In this document: positions 20,443 through 31,412 of the stretch, piece after piece | Layout: every line of letters starts with the position of its first letter | Position numbering within the stretch: the stretch's first letter is position 1 | Source: an uncultured Actinomycetes bacterium | Lineage (GTDB): Bacteria; Actinomycetota; Thermoleophilia; UBA2241 | DNA: 64,000 nt | Direction: 5' to 3' | Assembly (NCBI GenBank): GCA_963755025.1 | Contig: CAVWIH010000014.1 | Location: 1-64,000 of the forward strand | The notes under the pieces: model-generated | Database searches by the model: none | What the model was told of the DNA's origin: nothing | Seen by the model: the letters and a program-made list of their open reading frames with translations, nothing else | Position numbers and translations under genes: made by a program

Positions 20443-22176
20443 TCATGACGGTCGTGCAGAGCCTCGGCCCGGCTTGGGCGGCGGCGTCCGGTGGTAGTGG
20501 TAGCCGTAGTAGGGGCCGTGCGCGCGCTTGTTGGAGATGACGACCAAGCCGAGCTTGCGACAGGGCAGCTTGGCGAGCTGGGCGTGGGCGCGCTCGAGCA
20601 AGGGGCGCCTGACGAGCGTCGTGTTGACCACGAAGACGAGGGCGTCGGCCTTGGCCGCCATGGGCGCCGTGTCGCCGACCGACAGCATGGCCGGCGTGTC
20701 GATGAGCACGAGGTCGGCGTCGGCGGAGAGCTCGTCGATGATCTCGGCGAAGCGCCGCGAGGCGACCATCTCGCCGGGGTTCGGCGGCAGCGGGCCGCTC
20801 GGCAGCACGCGCAGCACGGGGTCGTCGTCGGCGGTCGCCGACCAGGCCGGCTCGCGGGTCGTGAGGACGTCGCGCTCGCGCACGCGGGCGCTGGTCGCAT
20901 CGAAGCCCGCTTTGGAACCGGCCGCCGAGAACACGCGCACGGCGTCGTCGCGCATGCGCACGCCCGACGCCGAGCGGCCGTCGTCGCCCGGACTCGCGAC
21001 CTTGTCGAGCTTGACCGACACGAGGGCGTCGGCGAGCTCGGCGCGGCGCGCGATCACCGACGACAGGCCGGCGCTGTTGGCGATGCCCAGGTAGTCGTGA
21101 ATGCGGGGCCGGCGCAGGTCGGCGTCGACCAGCACGACCCGCTTGCCGGCGAGCGCCATAGACGCGGCCAGGTTGCAGGCGGTCATGCTCTTGCCCTCGC
21201 CCTGGATGGAGCTCGACACGAGCAGCGAGCGCACGTCGCCGTCGACGCCCATGAAGTCGAGGTTGCCGCGCAGCACGCGCACGGCCTCGGCCATGAGTCC
21301 GAAGGGGTTGATGAGCATCTGCACGACCCCGGCCTCGCTCGCGCCGCGCGACAACGGCGGCAGGTGGCCCAGGACCGACAGCCCGAGCAGGTCGGTCACC
21401 TGGTCTTCGTCGCGCACCCGGGTGTCGAGCTGCTCGAGCAAGAAGGCGAGAGCGCAGCCCAGCACGAGGCCGAGCACGATGGCGATCAGCAGCGTGCGCG
21501 TCTTGCGCGGCGAGAACGGCATAGAGGGCGGCGACGCCGGCGAGATGACGCTGAAGTCGCCGGTCACGCTCTTCTGGCTCAGCTGCAGGTTGAGCAGGTT
21601 CTGCTGCAGGGTGGCGTAGTCGGCGCTGGCCTTTTCGGTGGGGGTCGTGTAGGTGGCCAGCTGGCTCTGCACCGCGAGGATCTCCTGGTTGACCCGGGCG
21701 CGCTCGCTGTCGCGCCGCCAGGCCACGAAGGCGGCCGCGTAGGCGTTGGCGGCGAGGGCGGCGGTGCGCGGGTCTGACGACGTCGCGCCGATGCCCACCA
21801 CGCTCGAGTAGCCGCTCGTGCTCGTGTCGGTCGTGAGGGACACGCTGGTGGAGTAGCCGGCCGACATGTTCTTGCCGCTCAGCAGCTGGGCGGCCTGGGC
21901 GCCGACCACGGCGCTCGAGACGACCGCCGGCACGCTGCCGATGTCGGCCTGCTGCAGGGTCTGGTCGACCTGACCCTGACCGAGCGCGCTGGTGATGCCG
22001 ACCTGCTGCACGTAGAGCAGCTGGGCGCTCGCCGCGTACATGGGCGTGCGCGTCCAGGCGTAGGCGCCGCCGGCCGCGCCGACCAGCACCGTGACGCCGA
22101 TGATCAGCCACTTCCAGCGGGCGAGCACTCCGAGATAGCTGCCCACGGAGAGGCCCTCGTTTTGCTGTGTCGTCAT
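20443..22176 (-). CDS. Wzc-like polysaccharide co-polymerase / BY-kinase
   Basis: N-terminal Wzz-like TM region, Walker A QGEGKS, VDADLRRP, LIDTP, C-terminal Tyr cluster PYYGYHYH. Confidence 0.92.
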   Translation of the reverse strand: MTTQQNEGLSVGSYLGVLARWKWLIIGVTVLVGAAGGAYAWTRTPMYAASAQLLYVQQVGITSALGQGQVDQTLQQADIGSVPAVVSSAVVGAQAAQLLSGKNMSAGYSTSVSLTTDTSTSGYSSVVGIGATSSDPRTAALAANAYAAAFVAWRRDSERARVNQEILAVQSQLATYTTPTEKASADYATLQQNLLNLQLSQKSVTGDFSVISPASPPSMPFSPRKTRTLLIAIVLGLVLGCALAFLLEQLDTRVRDEDQVTDLLGLSVLGHLPPLSRGASEAGVVQMLINPFGLMAEAVRVLRGNLDFMGVDGDVRSLLVSSSIQGEGKSMTACNLAASMALAGKRVVLVDADLRRPRIHDYLGIANSAGLSSVIARRAELADALVSVKLDKVASPGDDGRSASGVRMRDDAVRVFSAAGSKAGFDATSARVRERDVLTTREPAWSATADDDPVLRVLPSGPLPPNPGEMVASRRFAEIIDELSADADLVLIDTPAMLSVGDTAPMAAKADALVFVVNTTLVRRPLLERAHAQLAKLPCRKLGLVVISNKRAHGPYYGYHYHRTPPPKPGRGSARPS

Positions 22177-22252
22177 GCCATCACCTGGACTGTCGATGCA
22201 GGGCCGATCGGCCGCGTCGCCCACGCTGCGCGCGACCACCGGCTCCCCCACT

Positions 22253-22281
22253 CTATCGGCATGATAGTGAAGCCCTGTGAG
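22253..22281 (-). promoter_or_regulatory. Sigma28/WhiG-like promoter upstream of the wzc operon
   Basis: CTCAC-N16-GCCGATAG; same spacing as sites at 31333 and 54244. Confidence 0.55.
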
Positions 22282-22369
22282 GGGGGCAAACTAGGTCGCT
22301 CGTAGCGGTCCGCAGCTCGTGACACCTCTCGCCGTACCTCCTGCTCGTTGCGCAAATGTGTCGCCCCCG

Positions 22370-23731
22370 TCAAAGGTCGGCGCGGGCGTGTTCTACCCTG
22401 CACGTTGGCCGGTCAGTCTCGTCGGGCCGGGCGCCGCCCGCCCGGGCGATCACCTGCTCGTAGATCTCGACGGTGCGCGCCGCCAGGCGGGCGGGGTCGT
22501 TACGCACGAGCGCCCTGGCGCGCGCCGCGGCGCCCAGGCCGGCGGCGGCGGCGCGGTCGGTCAGCAGCTTCATGATGCCGTCGGCCAGCAGCCAGGCGTC
22601 GCCGCGCGGGTAGAGCAACCCCTCGACCCCGTCGCGCAGCAGCGTGGGGATGCCGCCGACCGCCGAGGCCACCGTGGGCACGCCCACGAGCATGGCCTCG
22701 ACCACGCTGTTGGGACTGTTGTCGCTGTGCGAAGGGTAGGCGAACACGTCGGCGTTCTGCAGCTCGCGGGCCATCTCGGGCCCGGTCAGCCGGCCCAGCC
22801 ACTCGACGTGCTCGTCGACGCCCCAGCGTCGGGCGACGCGTCGGTAGTAGGCGTCGAGCTCGGTCCCGGGACGCACGCCGGCGATGCGCACGCGCAAGTC
22901 CTTGACGCCGCGCCGCACGACGATGGCGGCCGCCTCCATCAGGCTTTCGGCGCCCTTCCAGATCATGACGCTCGAGGTCGAGTAGACGGTCGCGCCGGTG
23001 TGCTCGACGGCGGTCCAGTCGGTCGTGTAGAAGGGGGCGCGGATGACCTCGTCGCAGTGGTAGTAGTCGGCCTGGGGGTTCACCCCGGCGAGCACGCTGC
23101 GGTCCCAGTCGGTGCGCCCGATGAAGGCCGAGGCTTCGGACATCACGCGCACCTCGCGCTCGGCCGCGTGGCGCATCCACAGCCAGCCGTGCACCGCGCC
23201 GCGACCCTTGAGGAACTCGCGCGTGGCGACCAGGCGGGCGATGTCGGCCGGCGAGCGCCCCGCGAAGTAGAGGCGCTCGTAGGCGACCAGGATGCCCTGC
23301 AGCGACACCACGGTCGGCGTGGGACGGACCTGAGCGGCCAGCAGGCCGTACGGGTTCTCGGTGCCGTGCACGTGCACGATGTCGGGGCGTACCAGTTCGA
23401 CGATGTCGCGGGCGGCAGCCAGGGTGGCGGCCGGCGTGGTGGCCGGCGAGAGCGCGCCTCGCCAGCGTTCGGCCACGCCGCGCACGCCGGTCGCCGGCGT
23501 GTCGCCGCGGATGTCGTAGTAGGTCGTGCCGTGGTCGTCGAAGGTCGCAAAGCAGCGCGAGCCCGGCGTCGCGATGGCGAGGCTGAGTCCGAGCACCGGC
23601 TCGAGCGCGTCGCGCAGGCCGTCGACCCACGACTGCGGGCCTTCGTCGGCGGGCAGACCGAAGTGGCGACGCACGGCGCGCGGCTCCCAGTCGGTGAACC
23701 ACAGCGCGCTCAGCCGGCGGTCGCCACTCAT
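22370..23731 (-). CDS. GT4 family glycosyltransferase
   Basis: MSGDRRLSALWF, PDIVHVHGTE, WKGAE, YPSHSDNSPNSVVEAMLVGVP. Confidence 0.87.
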   Translation of the reverse strand: MSGDRRLSALWFTDWEPRAVRRHFGLPADEGPQSWVDGLRDALEPVLGLSLAIATPGSRCFATFDDHGTTYYDIRGDTPATGVRGVAERWRGALSPATTPAATLAAARDIVELVRPDIVHVHGTENPYGLLAAQVRPTPTVVSLQGILVAYERLYFAGRSPADIARLVATREFLKGRGAVHGWLWMRHAAEREVRVMSEASAFIGRTDWDRSVLAGVNPQADYYHCDEVIRAPFYTTDWTAVEHTGATVYSTSSVMIWKGAESLMEAAAIVVRRGVKDLRVRIAGVRPGTELDAYYRRVARRWGVDEHVEWLGRLTGPEMARELQNADVFAYPSHSDNSPNSVVEAMLVGVPTVASAVGGIPTLLRDGVEGLLYPRGDAWLLADGIMKLLTDRAAAAGLGAAARARALVRNDPARLAARTVEIYEQVIARAGGARPDETDRPTCRVEHARADL

Positions 23732-24879
23732 GAGCGCGCCGCCCGCGCCACGCGGCCGGCCAGGGCGCCGCGCACTCGCGGCACCAGCGACCAGCGCACC
23801 CGCTGTCCCCAGTGTAGGCACGGTCCGGCCATCCGCAGGACGGCGCGTCCCGCTAGGTAGCGCGGTGAGCGCAGCAGGCGCTCGACGTCGGCCATGGGGC
23901 GCAGCTCGCCGGGACTGTCCGCCGCGAGCGCCGCCATCATGCGGTCGAGCTCTGGGGGATGGGGCCCGTCGTAGCGCTGCAGCCAGCTCGGGTGCTGGTA
24001 GACGTTGTGCACGCGGAACGGCCGTCGCAGGCTGAAGTACGACTCGGCCAGCCAGCGCGGCCCGAGCGAGCGCGGGTCGACGCTCCAGTTGGCGTAATAA
24101 TCGACCTTTTCGCGCACCTGTTGCGGCAGCAGCAGCGAGGCGTGCTGCATGACGATGCCGCGACGGCTCATGGCGGCGGCGTCGAGCCAGCTGAGCGTAC
24201 GCGTGTCGCGGCCGCGCTCGTCGAGCACGGTCGGCGGGCGATGCGAGGCATACGAGTAACCCGGACCCCACTTGAAGAGGCGGTGGTAGTTGCTGGCCGC
24301 GGTGTGCAGGAACCAGCCGTCGACGACGCACCAGGGCGCGCCCCACAGGGTCATCGTCGGAAAGGTGACGGCGGCGACCTGCGGCTCGCGGCCCAGCAGG
24401 TCGAGCACGGTCTCCATGTCGCGCGGCAGGTAGAACTCGTCGACGTCGACCTGCCACAGGTAGTCGCCGGTGGCCCGCGCGGCGTAAGCGCGGCTCTGCT
24501 CGTCTTTCTCGCCGGGCCAGAAGCCGTCGGGGTGGCCTTCGTCTTCGGCGGTGACGATCACCAGCTTGCCGTCGGGGTCTTCGTCGGCGGCGAAGCGGCG
24601 CAGACAGTCGAGGGTGGCGTCGCGTGAGTGGCCGTCGGGCGTGGCGATGCCGGCGGCCCCCGGCGCGGCGCCCTCGACGACCACGATCTGCCGGGCGTAC
24701 GGGTAGAGAGCGCGCAGGTTGAACGGCAGGAACGGCAGGCCGTTCAGCACGATCATGCCGAACGTGACCGCGGGGCGCGAGACACCTGCCCCGGCGGGCA
24801 GTGGAGCGCCGGCCTCGGCGGGGCGGGCGCTCGCCTCGGCGGGGCGGGCGCCTGCCTCGGCGGGGCGCGGGGCGCTCAC
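23728..24879 (-). CDS. GT-A fold (GT2-like) glycosyltransferase with N-terminal RPAEA(G/S)A repeats
   Basis: FGMIVLNG, IVVVEGA, DGHSRD, YLWQVDVDEFY (DxD); GTGA overlap with the upstream stop. Confidence 0.7.
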   Translation of the reverse strand: MSAPRPAEAGARPAEASARPAEAGAPLPAGAGVSRPAVTFGMIVLNGLPFLPFNLRALYPYARQIVVVEGAAPGAAGIATPDGHSRDATLDCLRRFAADEDPDGKLVIVTAEDEGHPDGFWPGEKDEQSRAYAARATGDYLWQVDVDEFYLPRDMETVLDLLGREPQVAAVTFPTMTLWGAPWCVVDGWFLHTAASNYHRLFKWGPGYSYASHRPPTVLDERGRDTRTLSWLDAAAMSRRGIVMQHASLLLPQQVREKVDYYANWSVDPRSLGPRWLAESYFSLRRPFRVHNVYQHPSWLQRYDGPHPPELDRMMAALAADSPGELRPMADVERLLRSPRYLAGRAVLRMAGPCLHWGQRVRWSLVPRVRGALAGRVARAARS

Positions 24880-26321
24880 TGCAGCGCCTCGGCGCGGCGC
24901 GCCTGGTCGCGGCGGCGCAGCAGCATCTCGAGCGGCCGCAGGGTGAGATAGGCGAAGTACGCCGGCAGGCGCTGGTCGTCGAGCCCGGCGTCGCGCAACA
25001 CCTTGGCGCCGCGGCGGAAGCCCTTGGTCCAGCCAAGGCGCATGAGCAGCTCCCAGGGCAGGCCGAACGGGCCGACGTTGCGGTTGACCCAGCGCACATA
25101 CTCGGGCTTGACGATCTCGCGCAGCAACACGGGGTCGAGCGGCTCCAGCGGCACGCGCCGCAGGGCCCTCAGGTTGAGCGTGTTGCGCCAGTCGACGGTG
25201 AGGCCGGCGCCCTCGAGATCGAGGTCGTGGCGGGCGAACACCTCGCGCTGCCAGGCGCGGTCGGCGCGCTGCTCCCAGGGCAGGGTCAGCATGCGACGCG
25301 CCAGGGTGGCGTTCACAAAGGGCGCCTGCGCCGTGAAGCCGAGGGCGCGCGGCACGGTGTACATGTACGAGAACAGGGTCGACTGCTGACGCATCATGGC
25401 GACCACGCGGGGCAGCAGCTCGGTGCGCAGGCGCGGTTCGTCGTCGAGCAGCTTCTGCCACCCCAGGCGCCGGCTCGGGAACACGGCGGCCGCCCTGGAG
25501 TCGGAGCACATCGCGCCGAAGCGAAAGACCTGGAGCAGGTCGTCGGGGTGCTCGAGAACGGCTACCTTGGCGACCATGCCGTCGTCGACGCCGGCCAGCG
25601 TGTCGCCGAACGCGCCCGACAGCACGAGGCTCCCGGGCGCCACGCGCGGCGCGACCCCGTGGTAGAACTCCATCTGGTACATCCCGTGAGCGTGCACCGA
25701 AGGGCCGTAGAGCGTGTCCCAGTCGTCGAGGTAGCGATGAAAGTCGCCGATCGGCACGATCTCCCACTGCAGCCCAAGACGACGCGCAAGCTCGGCGGCC
25801 ACGACCACGTCGTGGGAGCGCTCGGGACGGTCGCTCACCCCGTAGGTGAAGGCCCGTATGCGAGAGCGATCGGCCACCAGCATATCGATCAGTCGCGAGT
25901 CGAAGCCGCCGCTCGTAGGCACCACGACGTCGCCGGCGGCGGCGCGCGCGCCGTCGTTCACGATGGCGGCGGCGACCTCCATCACCTCGTCGACCGTGCT
26001 CGATCGCGCGAACCACTCGTTGGCCGGGTCGTCCAGGTGCTCGACACGCAGGCCGGCCGGGCCCGACAGGACGCGTGAGGAGTGTCGCAGCAGACGCACG
26101 CCGCGCACAGGTGTGCGCTCGAACACGCAGTAGCCGAAGTCGAGGTAGTCGTTCAGGCCTTCGTAGTCGAACTCGAGGTTGGCGAAGTCGATGACGTCGT
26201 TCATGCGGTGGCCGGCGCGACCGCTGTGCAGGTCGTAGTAGAAGGGCTCCGAAGCGAGCCAGTCGGACTCGTAGACGAGCGTGTCGGTGGCGGCCGTGAC
26301 CGCTGGTCGCGTCTCACTCAT
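24876..26321 (-). CDS. Asparagine-synthase-like amide ligase lacking the Ntn glutaminase domain
   Basis: SDWLASEPFYY, YLDFGY, PP-loop SGGFDS, AFTYG, LSGAFGD, APFVN; no N-terminal CGI. Confidence 0.7.
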   Translation of the reverse strand: MSETRPAVTAATDTLVYESDWLASEPFYYDLHSGRAGHRMNDVIDFANLEFDYEGLNDYLDFGYCVFERTPVRGVRLLRHSSRVLSGPAGLRVEHLDDPANEWFARSSTVDEVMEVAAAIVNDGARAAAGDVVVPTSGGFDSRLIDMLVADRSRIRAFTYGVSDRPERSHDVVVAAELARRLGLQWEIVPIGDFHRYLDDWDTLYGPSVHAHGMYQMEFYHGVAPRVAPGSLVLSGAFGDTLAGVDDGMVAKVAVLEHPDDLLQVFRFGAMCSDSRAAAVFPSRRLGWQKLLDDEPRLRTELLPRVVAMMRQQSTLFSYMYTVPRALGFTAQAPFVNATLARRMLTLPWEQRADRAWQREVFARHDLDLEGAGLTVDWRNTLNLRALRRVPLEPLDPVLLREIVKPEYVRWVNRNVGPFGLPWELLMRLGWTKGFRRGAKVLRDAGLDDQRLPAYFAYLTLRPLEMLLRRRDQARRAEALQ

Positions 26322-26374
26322 GGGGGCCCTTCCGCAGCGTGGGTGAGCCCATCGGCGCCGCGGGCGTCGCGCGC

Positions 26375-27790
26375 TCATTCATTGACGATCCTCTCGAGGA
26401 CGAAGGTGTCGTCGGGCTCGGCGACCGTCGCCGGGTGGGCGGCCGAGCGGCGCCGGCACGTCTCGGCCGTGAGCACGGCCAGGAACCACAACGCCAGCGG
26501 GCTGCGCGCCGGGTCGAGGATCGTCCACGACACGAACCCCTGCAGGAATACCCCGACGATCATGCCGAACAGGATGAGCGTGAGGAACTCGGCGTCGTCG
26601 TCGCCGCTGAGGCTCAGGCGGGCGGCGCGCCACGCCGCCGTGCCGAACAGCAAGACGACGAGCACGACCCCCACCAGGCCCAGCCGGTAGACGGTGGGCA
26701 CCCAGACGAGGTCGGACGCCAGGCTGTCGACGGTGGAGACCCGGGGATCCTGGACGGCCGACACAAAGCCGGCGCCCGTGAGGGCGTCGCCCCCGGTGTA
26801 GCCGTACACGGTGCGAAACGAATCGATGCGGCTCTGCACGTTGGTGTCGTGGACCGGGCCGCCCTTCGCGGTCGCCAGGTGCAGGCGCGAGAGGATGTAG
26901 TTGGACTGGGTGGGCAGCACGGCGAAGGCGACCAGACCGAGCACGATCACCACGCCCACGATCTGCAGGCCGCGCTTGAGCGCCGGCCAGGCCTCGCGCG
27001 CCTTGAAGAGGCGCAGGGCGAGCACGACGACGACCTCGACGACGGCGATGAGCAGCAGCGAGCGCGTGTAGGACACCCACACGGCGGCCAGCGTGACCAC
27101 GAACACGCCGAACCAGAACACGCCCCACTTGCGCTTGGCCACGCAGTAGGCGATCGCCAGGGGCAGGAGCTGCGGCATGAAGTAGAAGCTGCGCGTGAGC
27201 CGCTGGCCCTGGAAGATGATCGACTGGTACTCGGTCGCATTGTAGATGTGGATGTGGAGCCCCTGGTGGAGCACGAACAGCCCGGCGGCGATGGTGTTGA
27301 CGACGACGATCGCCGCCACGAAGTCGAGCGTCTCCTTGCGCCCCGCGTGGCAGCAGATGCCGCGCAGCAGGAAGTAGCCGGCTATCAGGAACGTGAACGA
27401 CTTGGCCTCGGTCACCGCCGAGCCAAGGCCCGAGTAGTGCACCGCAGTCAGCACGATCTCGAGGACCACGAAGACGGCGAAGCCCACGACCACGAGCTCT
27501 TCGGGCGGGCAGAGGCGCGGCCCGAAGAGCTGCCGCTCATGCATGCGCCGCCGTCGCCTGGGCAGCAGCAGGTCGAAGTACAGCGCCCAGGTGATGACCA
27601 GCCACAGCATGACGTGGTCGACGGGGTCGAAGCGGGCGGGCACCCAGAACGGCTTGGCCTTGTCGAAGAACACCGAGAAGCTCATGAACATGAGAAACGG
27701 GATGCCCAGCAAGAAGACGCGCTGCCGCAGTGAGCGCTCGAGGAAGTAGAGCAGCAGCAGGGCGGGCACCGCGTAGCGCACGAGGCCCAT
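26375..27790 (-). CDS. Wzy/WaaL-like polysaccharide polymerase or ligase
   Basis: About 11-12 TM segments, SYTRS, extracytoplasmic loop with SRID...TGAGF. Confidence 0.7.
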   Translation of the reverse strand: MGLVRYAVPALLLLYFLERSLRQRVFLLGIPFLMFMSFSVFFDKAKPFWVPARFDPVDHVMLWLVITWALYFDLLLPRRRRRMHERQLFGPRLCPPEELVVVGFAVFVVLEIVLTAVHYSGLGSAVTEAKSFTFLIAGYFLLRGICCHAGRKETLDFVAAIVVVNTIAAGLFVLHQGLHIHIYNATEYQSIIFQGQRLTRSFYFMPQLLPLAIAYCVAKRKWGVFWFGVFVVTLAAVWVSYTRSLLLIAVVEVVVVLALRLFKAREAWPALKRGLQIVGVVIVLGLVAFAVLPTQSNYILSRLHLATAKGGPVHDTNVQSRIDSFRTVYGYTGGDALTGAGFVSAVQDPRVSTVDSLASDLVWVPTVYRLGLVGVVLVVLLFGTAAWRAARLSLSGDDDAEFLTLILFGMIVGVFLQGFVSWTILDPARSPLALWFLAVLTAETCRRRSAAHPATVAEPDDTFVLERIVNE

Positions 27791-27824
27791 CAGGCCGCCG
27801 CCGCTCGCGTCGTGGCTGCGGCGC

Positions 27825-29110
27825 TCATGAGCCCACCGCCGCGGCGTCGGCGCCGCCGGCGAGCTCGATCGCCGGCAGCCGGGCGCCGGCGCCGTGGCCC
27901 AGGACGGCGCGACTCACGGCCGCCGTGACCTGCTCGCGGCTGAACAGCTGGACGTACTCGGCGAGCCCCGCGCCGTCGCGGCCGGGTTCGTCGTGCAGCT
28001 CACGGAAGCGCCGCCTGAGGTCGTCGCCGTCGCCCTCGCGATACACGGCGCCCAGACCGAACGAGTGCACGCGCCAGGCCGACAAGCCGCGATCGGGCAC
28101 CAGCACCGGCCGCCCGGCCGCCAGCGCCTGGAGCATGGAGCCGCTCGACCCGTCGTGGCGCCGGTAGGGCAGCACCACGCACGACGCCGCCTGCAGGAAC
28201 GCCGCGGCGGTGTCGGCGTGCAGGTAGGGCCCGCCGGTCTCGAGCAGGGCGCCGCGAGCGGCGAGCGCCGCGCGCAGCGCGCGCACCTCGCCGCTCGACG
28301 CCTCGTAATAGAGGTCGCGCTCACCGCAGTGCAAAAAACAGCCTTCTTCGTCGAGGCAGAGCTTGAGCAGTGTGTCGTACCCGCGGCGCGGGTCGCTCGG
28401 TCCGGTGTACACGACCACCGGGCGCGCCGGACAACCGTCGAGGAAGTCCGCCAGGCGCTGGGTCCAGTCGCGGGTCTCGGCCACGGCCTCGCTCGACGGC
28501 TCGCCGAACTCGCGGAAGATGTCGGGCATCCACTGATGGCTGCGCGCGTGAGCCAGGGCGAAGCGCTCGTCTAAGACGAGAGCCGCGTCGAGCACGCTGC
28601 GGCGGGGCAGCAGGCCGTCGTGAAAGGCGGCTTCGGCGATGCGCCCGTCGCGGCGCGCCGCCAGGCGAGTCTTGGCGCGGCTGAGCGCCGAGGGCCGCGG
28701 GTGGTACTGGTAGTTGGTGCTGCGCAGGAACAGGCCGACCAGCCGGCCGCCGAGCGCCGGGGCGTCGTGGCGGCGGCGCCCGGCCAGGGCGTCGAGCAGG
28801 TCGTCGGCTTCGGTGAGTACCGTGACCGCGGCGCGCGCCCGGCGGATCTGCGCGGCCACGGCGGCGGCCGGCGGCGCGCCGTCGGGATCGCCCAGGTCGC
28901 GCACCGTGACGCCGGGCCGGTTGGCGAGGTCGGCCAGCAGCGGGTCGCTCGCCACGGGGGGCTCGAGCGCGCGGCCGGCCACGACCACGCGAAAGCCGAG
29001 ACCGACCAGGATGTCGGAGAGCACGCGGCAATAGGTGAGCCGGTGGCCCTGCAGGCTCGGCGAGTAGAGCAGTGCGACGCTCCGCTCGCCGGCGGGCCGG
29101 GCCGACGGGC

Positions 29111-29114
<4 letters not shown>
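27825..29114 (-). CDS. GT-B (GT4-like) glycosyltransferase
   Basis: GHRLTY, RRGYD, VVLPYRRHDGSSGSMLQALAAGRPVL. Confidence 0.75.
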
Positions 29115-30379
<1,265 letters not shown>

Positions 30380-30380
<1 letters not shown>

Positions 30381-31231
30381 CAGATGAGGTCCGCGAAGGT
30401 GCGTTCCATGCGCTTGAAGTACCTGAGGCCGGTCACCAGCAGCACCGCCATGGCCGTGTTCGACACGAGGAACAGCCAGCCCGGCGCCGCCTGGCCGGCC
30501 AGCGCCCACTGAAAGCCCTGGATCACGCCGACGAGCGGGTTCAGCCCGTAGATGAACGCCCAGGTGCCCTTCAGGTGGAACACATAGGCGACCGGCGACA
30601 GGAACATCCAGAGCTGAATGAGGAACGGGATGATGTACTGGACGTCGCGGTAGAGCACGTTCAGGGCCGCGAGCCACAGGCCGAAGGCGAGGGCCGTGAT
30701 CAGCGCGAGCAGCGTGAAGAACGGCAGAAAGACGATGTGCCAGCTCGGGGGCACGCCGTAGGCCGCCATGAGGCAGAAGTACACGACGAGCGAGATGATG
30801 AAGTCGACGAGGCCGCCGACCACGGCTGAGATCGGTATGACGAGGCGCGGAAAGTAGATCTTGGTGAGCAGGTTGGCGTTGCCGACCAGGCTCATGCCGG
30901 CGCGCCCGAGGGCGCCCGAGAACAGGTTCCACGGCAGCAGCGCCGCGTAGGTGACGAGGATGTACGGAACGTTGCCCACCGCGTGCTGCTTGACACCCAG
31001 GATCTTGTTGAACACGACGTCGAACACGACGACCGTGATCACCGGGTTCAGCACCGCCCACAAAAAACCCAGTATGGCCTGCTTGTAGCGCACCTTGATG
31101 TCGCGCCACGTGAGGAAGTAGAGCAGCTCGCGGTACTCCCACAGCTCGTCGAGACGCAGCGCCGTCCGGCCCTTGGGCGGCTTGATGACCCGCTTCACGC
31201 GGATGATCGGTTCACCTACAGCGGTCTCCAC
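30380..31231 (-). CDS. wzm: Wzm-like ABC-2 permease
   Basis: ELWEYRELLYFLTWRDIKVRYKQ, KIYFPR, YRDV, LNPL, FADLI. Confidence 0.93.
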
Positions 31232-31332
31232 ACCCCTCCGTTCGACGACACCCTTACCCCTTCAGGCGGCCGGGCTGCGCAGGCCCGAAGCCCTCGTTTC
31301 TGAGGGCCAACTGTACACAACTCCGGTAACGC

Positions 31333-31361
31333 TTATCGACATCGCCCCCTTAATCATTGAG
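31333..31361 (-). promoter_or_regulatory. Sigma28/WhiG-like promoter upstream of the wzm operon
   Basis: CTCAA-N16-GTCGATAA. Confidence 0.6.
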
Positions 31362-31412
31362 GACGCCTGCCGACGCATGGGATGGCACGAATGTACTGAC
31401 GGCAGGAGGCCC

